Part shown: positions 9,348 through 18,712 of the stretch, piece after piece
How the letters are laid out: every line of letters starts with the position of its first letter
How positions within the stretch are numbered: the first letter of the stretch is position 1
NCBI GenBank assembly: GCA_044220955.1
Contig: JBGAQA010000078.1
Span: 1 to 32,985 of the forward strand
Source of the DNA: Sandaracinaceae bacterium
GTDB lineage: Bacteria; Myxococcota_A; Polyangia; Polyangiales; Sandaracinaceae
Direction of reading: 5' to 3'
DNA: 32,985 nucleotides
Made by a program: the position numbers and the translations under genes
Notes under the pieces: model-generated
Told to the model about the DNA's origin: nothing
The model's input: the letters and a program-made list of their open reading frames with translations, nothing else
Database searches by the model: none

Positions 9348-12300
9348 TCAACGAAGCCGGCGCGCGAGCGCCTCGGATGCCGCGGCCCGCACGCGCTCCT
9401 CGGGGTCCCCGGCGCTCGCCGCGCGCAGGGCGTCGGCTCCCGGACCGGTCTCGCGCGCTCCGAGAGCGTCGGCGGCGGCGGCGCGGACGAAGGCGAAGTC
9501 GTCGCCGGCCAGCGCCGCGATCAGGGCCGTCTCGCCCCCCTCCGGCGCGAGCGCCAGGACGCGGGCCGCGGCGAGGCGGGCGACCCAGTCCGGCGAGCCA
9601 GCGAGGATCGCCGCCAGCCGGTCCACCTGGTGCCGCGCGTCGGCGCCGGACCCGCGGAGGCCTTCGAGAGCGGCACGGACGACGCCCGGATCGGTGTCTC
9701 CGAGGAGCGCGTCGAGGCGCGGGTCCGCGGGCCGGACGGCCGCGAGCAGGCCCGCGGCGATCGCCCGGGCCGCCGGGTCGCCCGCCTGCGTCGGCAGAGC
9801 GTCGACGATCGCGTCTGCCGTCTCGGAGAAGACCGCGGTAGCCGCCGGGCCCTCGAGCGATCGGAGCGCGAGACGCCCGTCGCGGACGCCCAGCGCGCGA
9901 AGCGTCGGGGTCGGGCCCGCGGACGCGAGGCCCTCCTGCACCGCGCGCGCGATGGCCAGGGCGAGCGCGCTCGAGGGGACGAGGGGCTCGCTCCGATCGA
10001 TGGCGCGGAGTCCGAGCCCGACGGGCGCCTCGCCGGGGCGCAGCTCGGGCCACGACCGCGCGAGCGCGGCGGGCCGACGCGTGGCTGCGCGGACAGCGCT
10101 CGAGGCGTCGCGGTCGGAGAGGAGCGCCCGCGAGATGCCGTCGTCGTCACCGCAGGCCAGAAGCGCCACGGCGCGCGCCTGTCCGCCGGCCTCGGTCAGC
10201 GCGAGACACGTGCCCTCCGACGTCGGACGCCCGAGCGCGGACAGCGCGAGCGTGAGCGCCGCGCGACGCGACGCGCTCCCCGAGGCGAGGCCGCTTCGTG
10301 CGAGCGCCGTCGCGGCGCTCGTGTCGCCCGCGTGGGCCAGCCCGAGGACGGCGAGCGCGGCGACGTCCGAGTCCGGAGCCACGAGCGTCGCGAGCGCCGG
10401 GGCGTCGCCGAGCCGTGCGAGTGCCCAGGTCGCGATCAGCGCGCGCGGCACGTCCGGGCCGCGCGCGATCTCGAGCAGGCGCGCCGCGTGGTCGAGCGTC
10501 ACCACCTGAGCCGCCGCGGCGAGCGCGTCGAGCCCGAGCGCCGAGTCGCCGTGGACGCGCGAGGCCGTGAGGAGCGCGCCTGCCGCGGAGGGCACGCGGG
10601 CGCTCGCCAGGATCGCCAGGGCGGTTCGCTGCTCGCTCGGGTCGCTGGAGGCGAGCGCGCGCAGGAGCACCCCGAGCGCGCGCGCGGCGATCCGGCCGAG
10701 ATCGCCGAGCGCGCGCTCGTCGGTCTCGGCGCGCGGGAGCAGCGGCGTGGCGATGGCGTCCAGCACGGCGAGCGCCGCGCGGGCGAGCGCCGCGCGCTCG
10801 TAGTGCGCCACGCCGAGCGCCACGAGCCGATCGAGCAGCGGCTCGGCGCTGCCGCTCGCCAGCTCGATCTCGAGCGAGGCGTCGATCGCGCGCGCGACGA
10901 GATCGTCGTCGGGGCTGGCCTCGATGACGTGGGCGTAGAGCGCGTCGGCGCCCGTCGGGTCGCCCCCCGAGCGCGTGAGGTCGGCGAGCGTGAGGGCGAC
11001 CTCGTGCAGATCGGGATCGAGCGCGAGCGCGCGACGGTAGCTCGCCATCGCCGCGTCCAGGCGTTGCCTGCGGCGGTGCAGATCTCCGAGGCGCACGTGC
11101 CCGTGCGCGTCGTTCGGTGCGAGCGCGATCGCGCGCTCGGCGTAGCGGACCGCGTCCTCGTCGCGGTAGAGGGCGAGCGCCGCGTCCGACATGCGACCGA
11201 AGTAGCTCGCCGCCCGCGAGGGATCGGCCGCAGCGGCGTGCTCGAGCGCGTCGATCGCGCCCGGCAGATCCCCGCGCAGGGTCCGGACGCGCTCGAGGGT
11301 CGTCCAGGTCTGAGCGTCCGAGGGCACGAGCTCGGCGAGGCGCTGGAGCACGGCGGCGGCGCGCTCGAGCGCGCCCGTGCGGCGCAGGGCCTCGGCGAGC
11401 AGCGCGCCCGCCTCGGGGTCGGGCGAGGCGCTCGCGAACGCGGCCTCGAGCTCCGCGACGTGCCGGTCGATCGTGCGGCGCCTCGCCCACATGGACACCA
11501 GGCCCGCCCGCGCCTCGCGCGCGAGGACGGGGTCGGCCTCCGAGAGCGTGATCAGGCGCGTCGCGAGCGGCTCGGCGTCCGAGTCCCGCCCCGACCTCAC
11601 GAGCACGTCGATCATCTGCTGCACGCTCGCCCGCTCGTCCGGGGCGAGCCGGAGCGCCTCGGCGAGCTCCGCGCGCGCCTCGTCCAGCAGATCGTGATCC
11701 GCCAGGACCGCCCCGAGGCGCGCGTGCGCGGTCGCGCTCGCGTCGCCCGAGGTCATCCGCCGGAACGCCTCGAGCGCCCCGCTCCGATCGCCCCGCGCGA
11801 GGAGAAGGTCGCCGACGAGCGCGTGGTGCTCCGGCTCGCGCGGCTCGAGCTGCGTCAGCAGTCTCGCCTCGGCCAGAGCGCGTGCGTCGTCGCCCCAGCG
11901 AGCGAACACCTCGGCGAGGCGGCGGTGCAGGCGCACGTCGCGCGGCCGCCCCGCCGACGCGGCCGCCAGGAGCGCGCGGGCCTGCTCGGCCTCCCCGGCG
12001 TCGACGAGCACGGTGGCGGCCTCCACGAGGCGATCGGGCTCGTCGGGCGCGCTGCGCCAGAGGGCCTCGAGGGCGCGGGCGGCCTCCTCGACGCGGCCGG
12101 TCCGCAAGAGCACGTGCGCGCGCCGCTCGCGCAGCGCGGCATCGCGCGGGCGCGCCCGGATCGCGCGCTCGTAGGCGGCGATCGCGGCCTCGTCGTGCCC
12201 GCGCTCGTCCTCGATCCGCGCGAGCAACGCGCGCGAGTCGGCCGAGGCCTCCCTCGACAGAGACGCGACGAGGTCGTCCAGCGTGCCCGCGAGGCGGTGG

Positions 12301-12695
12301 GCCTCGCAGGCGAGCTCGAGGGCCTCGACGCGCAGACCGCCCCGGGCGCTCGCCAGGACGGCGTCCAGCGCGCCGAGCGCGTCCGCCGGACGGCCACGCG
12401 CGAGCTCGGCGCGCGCGCGCTCCATGCGGACGGGCACCCGCGCCCGGGGGTCGCCCGCGACGGCGCGCTCGATCGCGTCGAGCGATGCGAGGGCCGCGTC
12501 GGGGCGCCGGTGGGCGAGCCAGGCCCGGGGCAGCGCGAGCCGCTGCTCGACGCTCGGGCGCGCGCCGAGCAGCTCGGCGTCCAGCGCGCGCCCGGCGCCG
12601 CCGCGGTCTGCGGCGGCGCGGGCGTCCCGCCGATCGATCTCGGCGGCGGGCGGCTGCTGCCGAGCGGGTGCGGGCTCGAGTACATGCCCACGCAC
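9348..12695 (-). CDS. Large TPR + HEAT repeat protein; true start unclear, possibly 5'-truncated near 12600
   Basis: Many TPRs (AIAAYERAIRARP, YRRALALDP) and C-terminal HEAT repeats (LGDTDPGVVRAA, GDDFAFVRAAAADALG, GDPEERVRAAA). The first ~30 codons do not look protein-like. Confidence 0.75.
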   Translation of the reverse strand: MRGHVLEPAPARQQPPAAEIDRRDARAAADRGGAGRALDAELLGARPSVEQRLALPRAWLAHRRPDAALASLDAIERAVAGDPRARVPVRMERARAELARGRPADALGALDAVLASARGGLRVEALELACEAHRLAGTLDDLVASLSREASADSRALLARIEDERGHDEAAIAAYERAIRARPRDAALRERRAHVLLRTGRVEEAARALEALWRSAPDEPDRLVEAATVLVDAGEAEQARALLAAASAGRPRDVRLHRRLAEVFARWGDDARALAEARLLTQLEPREPEHHALVGDLLLARGDRSGALEAFRRMTSGDASATAHARLGAVLADHDLLDEARAELAEALRLAPDERASVQQMIDVLVRSGRDSDAEPLATRLITLSEADPVLAREARAGLVSMWARRRTIDRHVAELEAAFASASPDPEAGALLAEALRRTGALERAAAVLQRLAELVPSDAQTWTTLERVRTLRGDLPGAIDALEHAAAADPSRAASYFGRMSDAALALYRDEDAVRYAERAIALAPNDAHGHVRLGDLHRRRQRLDAAMASYRRALALDPDLHEVALTLADLTRSGGDPTGADALYAHVIEASPDDDLVARAIDASLEIELASGSAEPLLDRLVALGVAHYERAALARAALAVLDAIATPLLPRAETDERALGDLGRIAARALGVLLRALASSDPSEQRTALAILASARVPSAAGALLTASRVHGDSALGLDALAAAAQVVTLDHAARLLEIARGPDVPRALIATWALARLGDAPALATLVAPDSDVAALAVLGLAHAGDTSAATALARSGLASGSASRRAALTLALSALGRPTSEGTCLALTEAGGQARAVALLACGDDDGISRALLSDRDASSAVRAATRRPAALARSWPELRPGEAPVGLGLRAIDRSEPLVPSSALALAIARAVQEGLASAGPTPTLRALGVRDGRLALRSLEGPAATAVFSETADAIVDALPTQAGDPAARAIAAGLLAAVRPADPRLDALLGDTDPGVVRAALEGLRGSGADARHQVDRLAAILAGSPDWVARLAAARVLALAPEGGETALIAALAGDDFAFVRAAAADALGARETGPGADALRAASAGDPEERVRAAASEALARRLR

Positions 12696-12884
12696 TGCGA
12701 TCGGATGAGCGGTGAGATCTGCACGCTGGACGGCCAGTGCGGCGTCGTCCCCTGCGGCGCGGGCGCCGGATCCCGCTGCGACGACGGCAACGCGTGCAAC
12801 GGGCTCGAGGTCTGCGCGCCCGCGCTGGGCCGCTGCACGCAGACCCCACCGGTCACGATGTGCGTCGTGGCCACCACGCCCTGA
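12600..12884 (+). pseudogene. 3' fragment (or very short ORF) of a Cys-rich myxobacterial protein; left boundary approximate
   Basis: The frame ending at TGA 12884 reads ...HCDRMSGEICTLDGQCGVVPC...CDDGNACNGLEVCAPALGRC, with mostly G/C third positions; no signal peptide or convincing start. Confidence 0.5.
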
Positions 12885-12921
12885 CGTGCGCGCCCCGGGC
12901 GCCTGCTAAGGTCCGGCCTGC

Positions 12922-14244
12922 ATGCGCCACACGATCGCGATCGTCGGGAGCGGTCCCGCCGGACTCTACGCGGCCGAGCATCTCATGAAGTCGCGACCGG
13001 GCCTCGAGGTCGACGTCTTCGATCGACTGCCCACGCCCTACGGCCTCGTGCGGATCGGCGTGGCCCCCGACCACCAGGGGACCAAGAACGTCTGGCGCGT
13101 CTTCCAGCGGACCGCCAAGCGTGCCGAGCTGCGCTTCCTCGGAGACGTCGAGATCGGGCGTGACCTCTCGCTGCCCGAGCTACGGCGGCACTACGACGCG
13201 GTGGTGCTCGCCGTCGGCGCGCCGCTGGATCGCGAGCTGGGGGTCCCGGGCGAGCATCTGCACGGCGTGTTCAGTTCGCAAGAGCTGACCGGCTGGTACA
13301 ACGGGCATCCCGACTTCAGCGCGCGCCACCCGGATCTGGCGAAGTCGATCGAGACGACGGGCGGCATCGCCGTGATCGGCCAGGGCAACGTCGCGGTGGA
13401 CGTCGTGCGCGTGCTCGGGCGGACACCGCCCGAGATGCTCAAGACGGACCTGCCCGCGTACGCACGCGAGCGGATCGCGTCCGCGCCGATCAGGGACATC
13501 TACATGATCGGCCGCCGCGGGCCCGCGGAGGCGAGCTTCACGCCCGTCGAGCTGCGCGAGCTGGGCGAGCTGGCCGAGACCGTCGCGGTCGTGGACGGCT
13601 CGCAGCTGCCGGAGACCATCCAGGCGAAGGATCCGAAGGACCAGAAGCTCAAGGAGAAGATCCTCGAGATCCTCCGCGGCTACGCGCAGAACGATCCGGC
13701 GAGCAAGCGCGCGCGCCTGCACATCGCGTTCTACTCGGCGCCCCACGAGATCGTCGGCGAGAACGGCCGCGTGAAGCAGCTCGTGCTGCGCAGGACGCGC
13801 GTCGAGGGCGGCAAGGCCGTCGAGACGGGCGAGACGTACACGATCGATGTCGGCGTCGTGGTGAAGGCGATCGGCTACCACGTAGCGCCGCTCGAGGGCG
13901 TCGAGATGCCGAACGGCGCGACGCACTACCCGAACGAGGGCGGCAAGGTCGGCGAGGGCCTCTGGGCGGTCGGCTGGGCCAAGCGCGGCCCGAGCGGCGT
14001 CATCGCGACGAACCGGCAGGACTCGATGGAGGTGGCCGAGCGCGTCCTCAGGGAGCTGCCGCCGGAGCCCAAGCCCGGCCCGCGTGCCGCGATCGACGCG
14101 ATGCTCGCCGAGCGCGGCGTCCGGGTCGTGACCTTCGCGGACTGGGAGAAGATCGAGAAGGTCGAGGCCGAGCGCGCGAAGGACGGCGCGCCGCGCTGCA
14201 AGGTCACGAGCTGGGACGAGCTGCGCGCGATCGCGCGGAGCTGA
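12922..14244 (+). CDS. Ferredoxin-NADP+ reductase, adrenodoxin reductase/FprA type
   Basis: IVGSGPAG, PYGLVRIGVAPDH, IGQGNVAVD, GRRGP, GWAKRGPSGVI. Confidence 0.92.
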   Translation: MRHTIAIVGSGPAGLYAAEHLMKSRPGLEVDVFDRLPTPYGLVRIGVAPDHQGTKNVWRVFQRTAKRAELRFLGDVEIGRDLSLPELRRHYDAVVLAVGAPLDRELGVPGEHLHGVFSSQELTGWYNGHPDFSARHPDLAKSIETTGGIAVIGQGNVAVDVVRVLGRTPPEMLKTDLPAYARERIASAPIRDIYMIGRRGPAEASFTPVELRELGELAETVAVVDGSQLPETIQAKDPKDQKLKEKILEILRGYAQNDPASKRARLHIAFYSAPHEIVGENGRVKQLVLRRTRVEGGKAVETGETYTIDVGVVVKAIGYHVAPLEGVEMPNGATHYPNEGGKVGEGLWAVGWAKRGPSGVIATNRQDSMEVAERVLRELPPEPKPGPRAAIDAMLAERGVRVVTFADWEKIEKVEAERAKDGAPRCKVTSWDELRAIARS

Positions 14245-14250
14245 GGGCCC

Positions 14251-14352
14251 GCTCTCGACCTCGCTCTCGACCTCGCTCTCGACCTCGTTCTCGACCTCGC
14301 TCTCGACCTCGCTCTCGACCTCGCTCTCGACCTCGCTCTCGACCTCGCTCTC
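14251..14352. repeat. Tandem repeat (GCTCTCGACCTC) x 8.5
   Basis: Eight 12-mers (one variant, GTTCTCGACCTC) plus a half copy, directly after the reductase stop codon. Confidence 0.95.
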
Positions 14353-14392
14353 GGGGCTCGGCCGGGCGCTCGATGCAACGCGCGGCGTCAGA

Positions 14393-14486
14393 CCGGCCCT
14401 CAGCCGTCGCCGAGCCCGAGGACGGACCGGAGCGGCCTTCGGGCCGTGAGGACCGACCGGAGGGGGAGGTGGCGGATCAGGGCCGG
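14393..14486. other. Long imperfect hairpin (REP-like element or terminator) between convergent genes
   Basis: Outer arms CCGGCCCT/AGGGCCGG; apical stem CGGCC-TTCG-GGCCG (14433-14446); near-direct repeats GAGGACGGACCGGAG and GAGGACCGACCGGAG on either side of it. Confidence 0.55.
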
Positions 14487-14530
14487 GATCACGCCGCGTC
14501 CGCGCGGCGACCAAGACCCATCTGCCGTCG

Positions 14531-15121
14531 TCAGCCGCCGCCCTTGCGGAGCTCGGTCAGCACCAGCTTCGCGACCGCCTTCAGCGTCTCGAACACGCCG
14601 ATGCCGGTGCTCGCGACCGCCTCGAAGTCGGGCACGCCGCCCGGGTTCAGCACGCGGCGCAGCTCGTCGACCGGCGCGACGTTCGGCATGTCGCGCTTGT
14701 TGTACTGGACGACGTAGGGGAGCTTGTCGAGCGAGTAGCCCTGCTCCGCGAGGTTCGTGCGCAGGTTCTCCATCGACTCGAGGTTCGCCTCGGTGCGCGC
14801 GATCTGCGAGTCCGCGCAGAACACGACGCCGTCGACGCCCTTGAGGATGAGCTTGCGGCTCGCGTCGTAGAAGACCTGGCCGGGCACCGTGTAGAGGTGG
14901 AAGCGCGTCTTGAAGCCGCGGATCTCGCCGAGCGCGAGCGGCAGGAAGTCGAAGAAGAGCGTCCGCTCGGTCTCCGTCGCGAGGCTGATCATCTTGCCCT
15001 TCGCGTCGGGATTGGTCTTGTTGTAGATGTACTGGAGGTTCGTCGTCTTCCCGCACAGGCCGGGCCCGTAGTAGACGATCTTGCAGTTGATCTCGCGCGA
15101 CAGGTAGTTGATGAACGACAT
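14531..15121 (-). CDS. mglA: Gliding-motility small GTPase MglA
   Basis: [50 protein letters not shown]. Confidence 0.98.
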   Translation of the reverse strand: MSFINYLSREINCKIVYYGPGLCGKTTNLQYIYNKTNPDAKGKMISLATETERTLFFDFLPLALGEIRGFKTRFHLYTVPGQVFYDASRKLILKGVDGVVFCADSQIARTEANLESMENLRTNLAEQGYSLDKLPYVVQYNKRDMPNVAPVDELRRVLNPGGVPDFEAVASTGIGVFETLKAVAKLVLTELRKGGG

Positions 15122-15136
15122 CGGTTTGCCTGGCCT

Positions 15137-15622
15137 TCAGTCGTTGAAGAGGTTGTCGATGTCGTCGTCGGTGATCTCGGCGAAGGGCGTCTCGCGCGCC
15201 GGATCCTGAATCTTCTTCAGGAGCGACTCGAAGATGTGGTTGAGCTCCTCGCTCGCCTTCTTCACGCGCAGGCGCACGAGACCGAGGCTCGTCTTGCTGT
15301 CGAAGATCACGACGAGGATCACGCGGTTGCCCACGATCTGGATGTGGATGTTCGCGCGCTCGCCCTCGTGGGACTGCGTCGTGAACTCGTTCTCGCGGAG
15401 CAGCTTCGCCATGCCGCCCGTCGCGGCGATGTTGCCGGCCGTCAAGGACGCGAGCGAGGTCGTGTCGAGCTGGTCGGTCTCGCCGGCCTTCGCGATCTCC
15501 TGCCCGTTCTTGTCGATGACGAACACGACGCGGGCGTTCGCCTCCTTCGCCAAGCGCGTCACGATCGCTTGGATCTGGTTGAACTCCTCCTCGTACATCA
15601 CCATGTTGGGCGGGTTCGCCAT
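15137..15622 (-). CDS. mglB: Roadblock/LC7 GTPase regulator MglB
   Basis: VMYEEEF...IDKNGQ...SLASLTAGNIAATGGMAKL...SLGLVRLRVKKAS...ITDDDIDNLF; GGAGG SD; directly upstream of mglA. Confidence 0.97.
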   Translation of the reverse strand: MANPPNMVMYEEEFNQIQAIVTRLAKEANARVVFVIDKNGQEIAKAGETDQLDTTSLASLTAGNIAATGGMAKLLRENEFTTQSHEGERANIHIQIVGNRVILVVIFDSKTSLGLVRLRVKKASEELNHIFESLLKKIQDPARETPFAEITDDDIDNLFND

Positions 15623-15776
15623 GAGCTCCTCCGAGCCTGCTCTACCGGTGTGCGGAGGCGGCTCTCATCGAACGGCAACGGTGAGTTAGGTACCACCGAT
15701 CCCGACCGGGGGTAAAGGGCGACGACGCTGCCCGAACGAGCGAGCCGCGATCGGCGCCGGCGCGCTAAGCTGCCGC

Positions 15777-17486
15777 GTGCTCGGAATCCTTCTTCGCGCG
15801 CTCTACGACCTGCTGAGGCTGCCGTTCTGGCCTCTCTGGCTGCTCTTCCGGTGGCTCGGCCGGCCGCGCGGGAGCTGGGTCCACGCGAAGCTCGGCGACG
15901 GTCTGGTCGAGACCGATCCGCCGGCCCGTCCCTGGAGCCCGCTCGCACAGCTGATCCCGGCGCTCCGGCGGCGGCGGCCGACCTCGGTGCGCGCGGTGGC
16001 GCGGCTGGTCGACGCGATGCTGCGCGACCCGGCCCGCGAGGGTCTCCTGCTCGAGGTCGGGGCCCTGCCCGGGGGCTGGGCACGGATCGACGCGCTGCGC
16101 CGCGAGCTCGCGCGCCTGCGCCGCGGAGGGAAGAAGGTCGCGGTCTACCTGCCCCAGGGCGGAGGGAACCGCGAGCTCTACCTCGCGTCCGTCGCGAACC
16201 AGATCGTCAGCACCGAGGGCGCCCCCTTCTTCGCCTTCGGCGTCGGCGCGAGCTCGCGTTACGTGAAGGGCCTGCTCGACAAGGTGGGGGTGCAGGTCGA
16301 GGTGTACCGGCGCGCGGCGTACAAGAGCGCGGCCGAGTCGGTGTCGGCGACCGAGATGAGCGCCGCGCAGCGCGAGCAGCTGGGCGCGCTGCTCGACACC
16401 TACGACGGCGCGCTGGTCGCGGCGCTCGCCGAGCGACCGGGGCTCGACGAGGCGAAGGTGCGTGCGCTCTTCGAGGCGGGCGGGGCGAGCGGGAAGGCGG
16501 CGATCGAGGCCGGGATCGTGGACGCCCACGCGTTCGACGACGAGCTGCCCAAGGTGCTGGGCGCCACCGGCAAGCTCGTCCCGGCGGGCGCCTATCTCGC
16601 GCGCTCGTACGCGAAGTTCTTCGTGCCGATCTTCAAGCGTCCCTACGTCGCGATCGTGCCGGTCCATGGTGCGATCGGCGACGGCGGGACCGGACGGGGA
16701 GCGAGCCGAGCGACGCTGGTGCCCACGCTGCGGCGCGTCGCACGCGATCGGCGCGCGCTCGCGGTGGTGCTCCACGTCGACTCGCCCGGGGGATCGGCGC
16801 TCGCGAGCGACTTGATCCATCGCGAGGTGCAGCTCCTCGCGGAGCAGAAGCCGGTGGTGGCGTGCTTCGGCGACGTCGCCGCGAGCGGCGGCTATTACGT
16901 CGCGGCGCCCGCGGTGAGCATCGTGGCGAACAAGCTCTCGATCACCGGGTCGATCGGTGTGATCAGCGCGCGCCTCGTCGCGACCTCACTCCTGGACCGG
17001 CTCGGCGTGAAGACGGAGGTGCTGCGCCGCGCGCCTCACGCCGACCTGATCACCAACCCGCGTGCGGCGGACGAGGCCGAGCGCGCGATCCTCGACCGCG
17101 AGGTGGACGCGTTCTACCGGAGCTTCGTCGCGGTGGTGGCGAAGGGAAGAAAGCGCGAGGAGAGCGAGATCGAGCCCCTCGCGGGTGGCCGCGTGTGGTC
17201 GGGCCAGGCGGCGAAGGAGCGCGGGCTGGTGGACCGCGAGGGCACGCTCTCGGACGCGATCGCGCTGGCGAAGGAGCAGCTCACCGCCATGCCGACGGCG
17301 TTCCGCGACCTGCTCGAGGCGGTGACCGTCACGCCCGAGGACGGCGAGGAGCCCCCGCTGGAGGCCAAGGGGGCGCTCGCCGCGCTCGCGAGCGCCCTCG
17401 ACGACGACGTCGCGTTCCTCGCGCGCGCGGCGACGGGACGGGAGCGCGCGATGTACTACGCGCTCGGTCTGCCCAGGATCGAGTAG
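15777..17486 (+). CDS. sppA: Signal peptide peptidase SppA (tandem S49 domains)
   Basis: YKSA in the first domain; VDSPGGS, AASGGYY, ITGSIGV and GGRVWSG in the second. Confidence 0.92.
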   Translation: MLGILLRALYDLLRLPFWPLWLLFRWLGRPRGSWVHAKLGDGLVETDPPARPWSPLAQLIPALRRRRPTSVRAVARLVDAMLRDPAREGLLLEVGALPGGWARIDALRRELARLRRGGKKVAVYLPQGGGNRELYLASVANQIVSTEGAPFFAFGVGASSRYVKGLLDKVGVQVEVYRRAAYKSAAESVSATEMSAAQREQLGALLDTYDGALVAALAERPGLDEAKVRALFEAGGASGKAAIEAGIVDAHAFDDELPKVLGATGKLVPAGAYLARSYAKFFVPIFKRPYVAIVPVHGAIGDGGTGRGASRATLVPTLRRVARDRRALAVVLHVDSPGGSALASDLIHREVQLLAEQKPVVACFGDVAASGGYYVAAPAVSIVANKLSITGSIGVISARLVATSLLDRLGVKTEVLRRAPHADLITNPRAADEAERAILDREVDAFYRSFVAVVAKGRKREESEIEPLAGGRVWSGQAAKERGLVDREGTLSDAIALAKEQLTAMPTAFRDLLEAVTVTPEDGEEPPLEAKGALAALASALDDDVAFLARAATGRERAMYYALGLPRIE

Positions 17487-17490
17487 GCGA

Positions 17491-17604
17491 CTCGCTCTCG
17501 CTCTCGCTCTCGCTCTCGCCCTCGACCTCGCTCTCGCCCTCGCCCTCGCCCTCGCCCTCGCCCTCGCCCTCTACCTCTACCTCGCTCTCGCCCTCGCCCT
17601 CGCC
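17491..17604. repeat. Hexamer tract CTCGCT/CTCGCC/CTCGAC/CTCTAC x 19
   Basis: 19 in-register hexamers fill the gap between two convergent stop codons. Confidence 0.95.
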
Positions 17605-17609
17605 GTCGC

Positions 17610-17897
17610 TCAGCGGACCGCCGTCGTCCTCGCCGGACACGCCCCGCTCGCATCCCGCGCCTCGAAGAGCACCGCGCCCCACGCGTCGTGCAGGCACGGA
17701 AACCCCACGCTCGGGCACGCGCGTCCGGGCGTGAACGACGACGCGGGGCTCTCTGCCGCGCACGCTGCCCGGTCGAGATCCTGCCGGCAGGCCGTGAACG
17801 GCGCGACCGTCGCGGCGCCCGGGTACGGCGACACACAGGCGCCGCGCGTCGGCGCGCAGCTCGCCACGACGATCGCCAACAACGCCGTCGGCCTCAC
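17610..17897 (-). CDS. Small Cys-rich putative lipoprotein
   Basis: GTG overlaps the GST stop (GTGA); MRPTALLAIVVASC lipobox-like start followed by six more Cys; 95 aa. Confidence 0.55.
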   Translation of the reverse strand: MRPTALLAIVVASCAPTRGACVSPYPGAATVAPFTACRQDLDRAACAAESPASSFTPGRACPSVGFPCLHDAWGAVLFEARDASGACPARTTAVR

Positions 17898-18538
17898 GTG
17901 CGCCAGTGCGGCGGGTAGCACTTGTCGAAGTAGGGCAGCGCCTCGACGCGCGTCATCCACGCCCGCGTCATCGGGCCGATCTGCGCGCTCATCGAGTGCT
18001 GCGGCATGCGCTCACCGAGCCGCCGCACGCCCGCGAGCATCGGATACACGGCGAACTCCGCGATCGACGGCGAATCGACGATCCACCCGTCCGTCATCGC
18101 CCGCTCGATGCGCTCGAGCTCGAGGCCGAGCTCACCCTTCGCCGCCGCGATCTCCTTCGGGTCGCCCTCCCCGTCGCGCTTCCGGATCGTCTGCCGGTAG
18201 AGCCGGCTGGCCGCCGGGTAGAAGTAGTGGTCCGCCTCCGCGGCGACACGGCGCACGATCGCGCGACGCTGGACGTCGGTGGGCAGGATCGCCGGCGCTT
18301 GTGGGTAGCGCTCCTCGAGGTACTCGACGATCGCCGACGACTCGTAGAGCGAGAAGCCGCCGTCGACGACGATGGCGGGGACTCTCATGCGCGGGTTGAC
18401 GGCCGCGTACTCCGGCTTGCGGAGGTCGCCCGCCGAGAGCGAGAGCATCTTGAGCTCGTACTCGAGCCTCTTGTGCTCGAGCGCGAGCCAGACCTTCCAC
18501 GCATACGGCGAGCCCGAGGCGGCGTAGAACGTGAGCAT
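17894..18538 (-). CDS. Glutathione S-transferase family protein
   Basis: From ATG 18538 (214 aa): GSPYAWKV, NPRMRVP, LYESSAIVEYLEE. Confidence 0.92.
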   Translation of the reverse strand: MLTFYAASGSPYAWKVWLALEHKRLEYELKMLSLSAGDLRKPEYAAVNPRMRVPAIVVDGGFSLYESSAIVEYLEERYPQAPAILPTDVQRRAIVRRVAAEADHYFYPAASRLYRQTIRKRDGEGDPKEIAAAKGELGLELERIERAMTDGWIVDSPSIAEFAVYPMLAGVRRLGERMPQHSMSAQIGPMTRAWMTRVEALPYFDKCYPPHWRT

Positions 18539-18712
18539 CGACGCGCCGCAGAATAGAGGGCGCACGCGCGACGCAAGACGAAAAACGGCGAAGCGCCCGG
18601 GCCGAGCACGGGCCGCCCGCGCCCGCACGGACGCGAATTCGCCGTCGAACGTGGCCGATCCGCCGTGCACGCGCTCCGCGAGCGTCGACGCTCGGGCAAC
18701 CACCTCGCCGGC

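Noticed and set aside
9096..12599. Most of the 1262-aa plus-strand ORF, and the 900-aa minus ORF 10147-12849
   Set aside because: Shadow frames of the TPR-HEAT gene; only the Cys-rich last ~95 codons of the plus ORF look coding.
14251..14352. Repeat tracts as a CRISPR array or as an ESEV-repeat protein (ORF 13180-14514)
   Set aside because: No spacers and no cas genes; the ORF is antisense to the reductase and stays open only because the repeat lacks stop codons.
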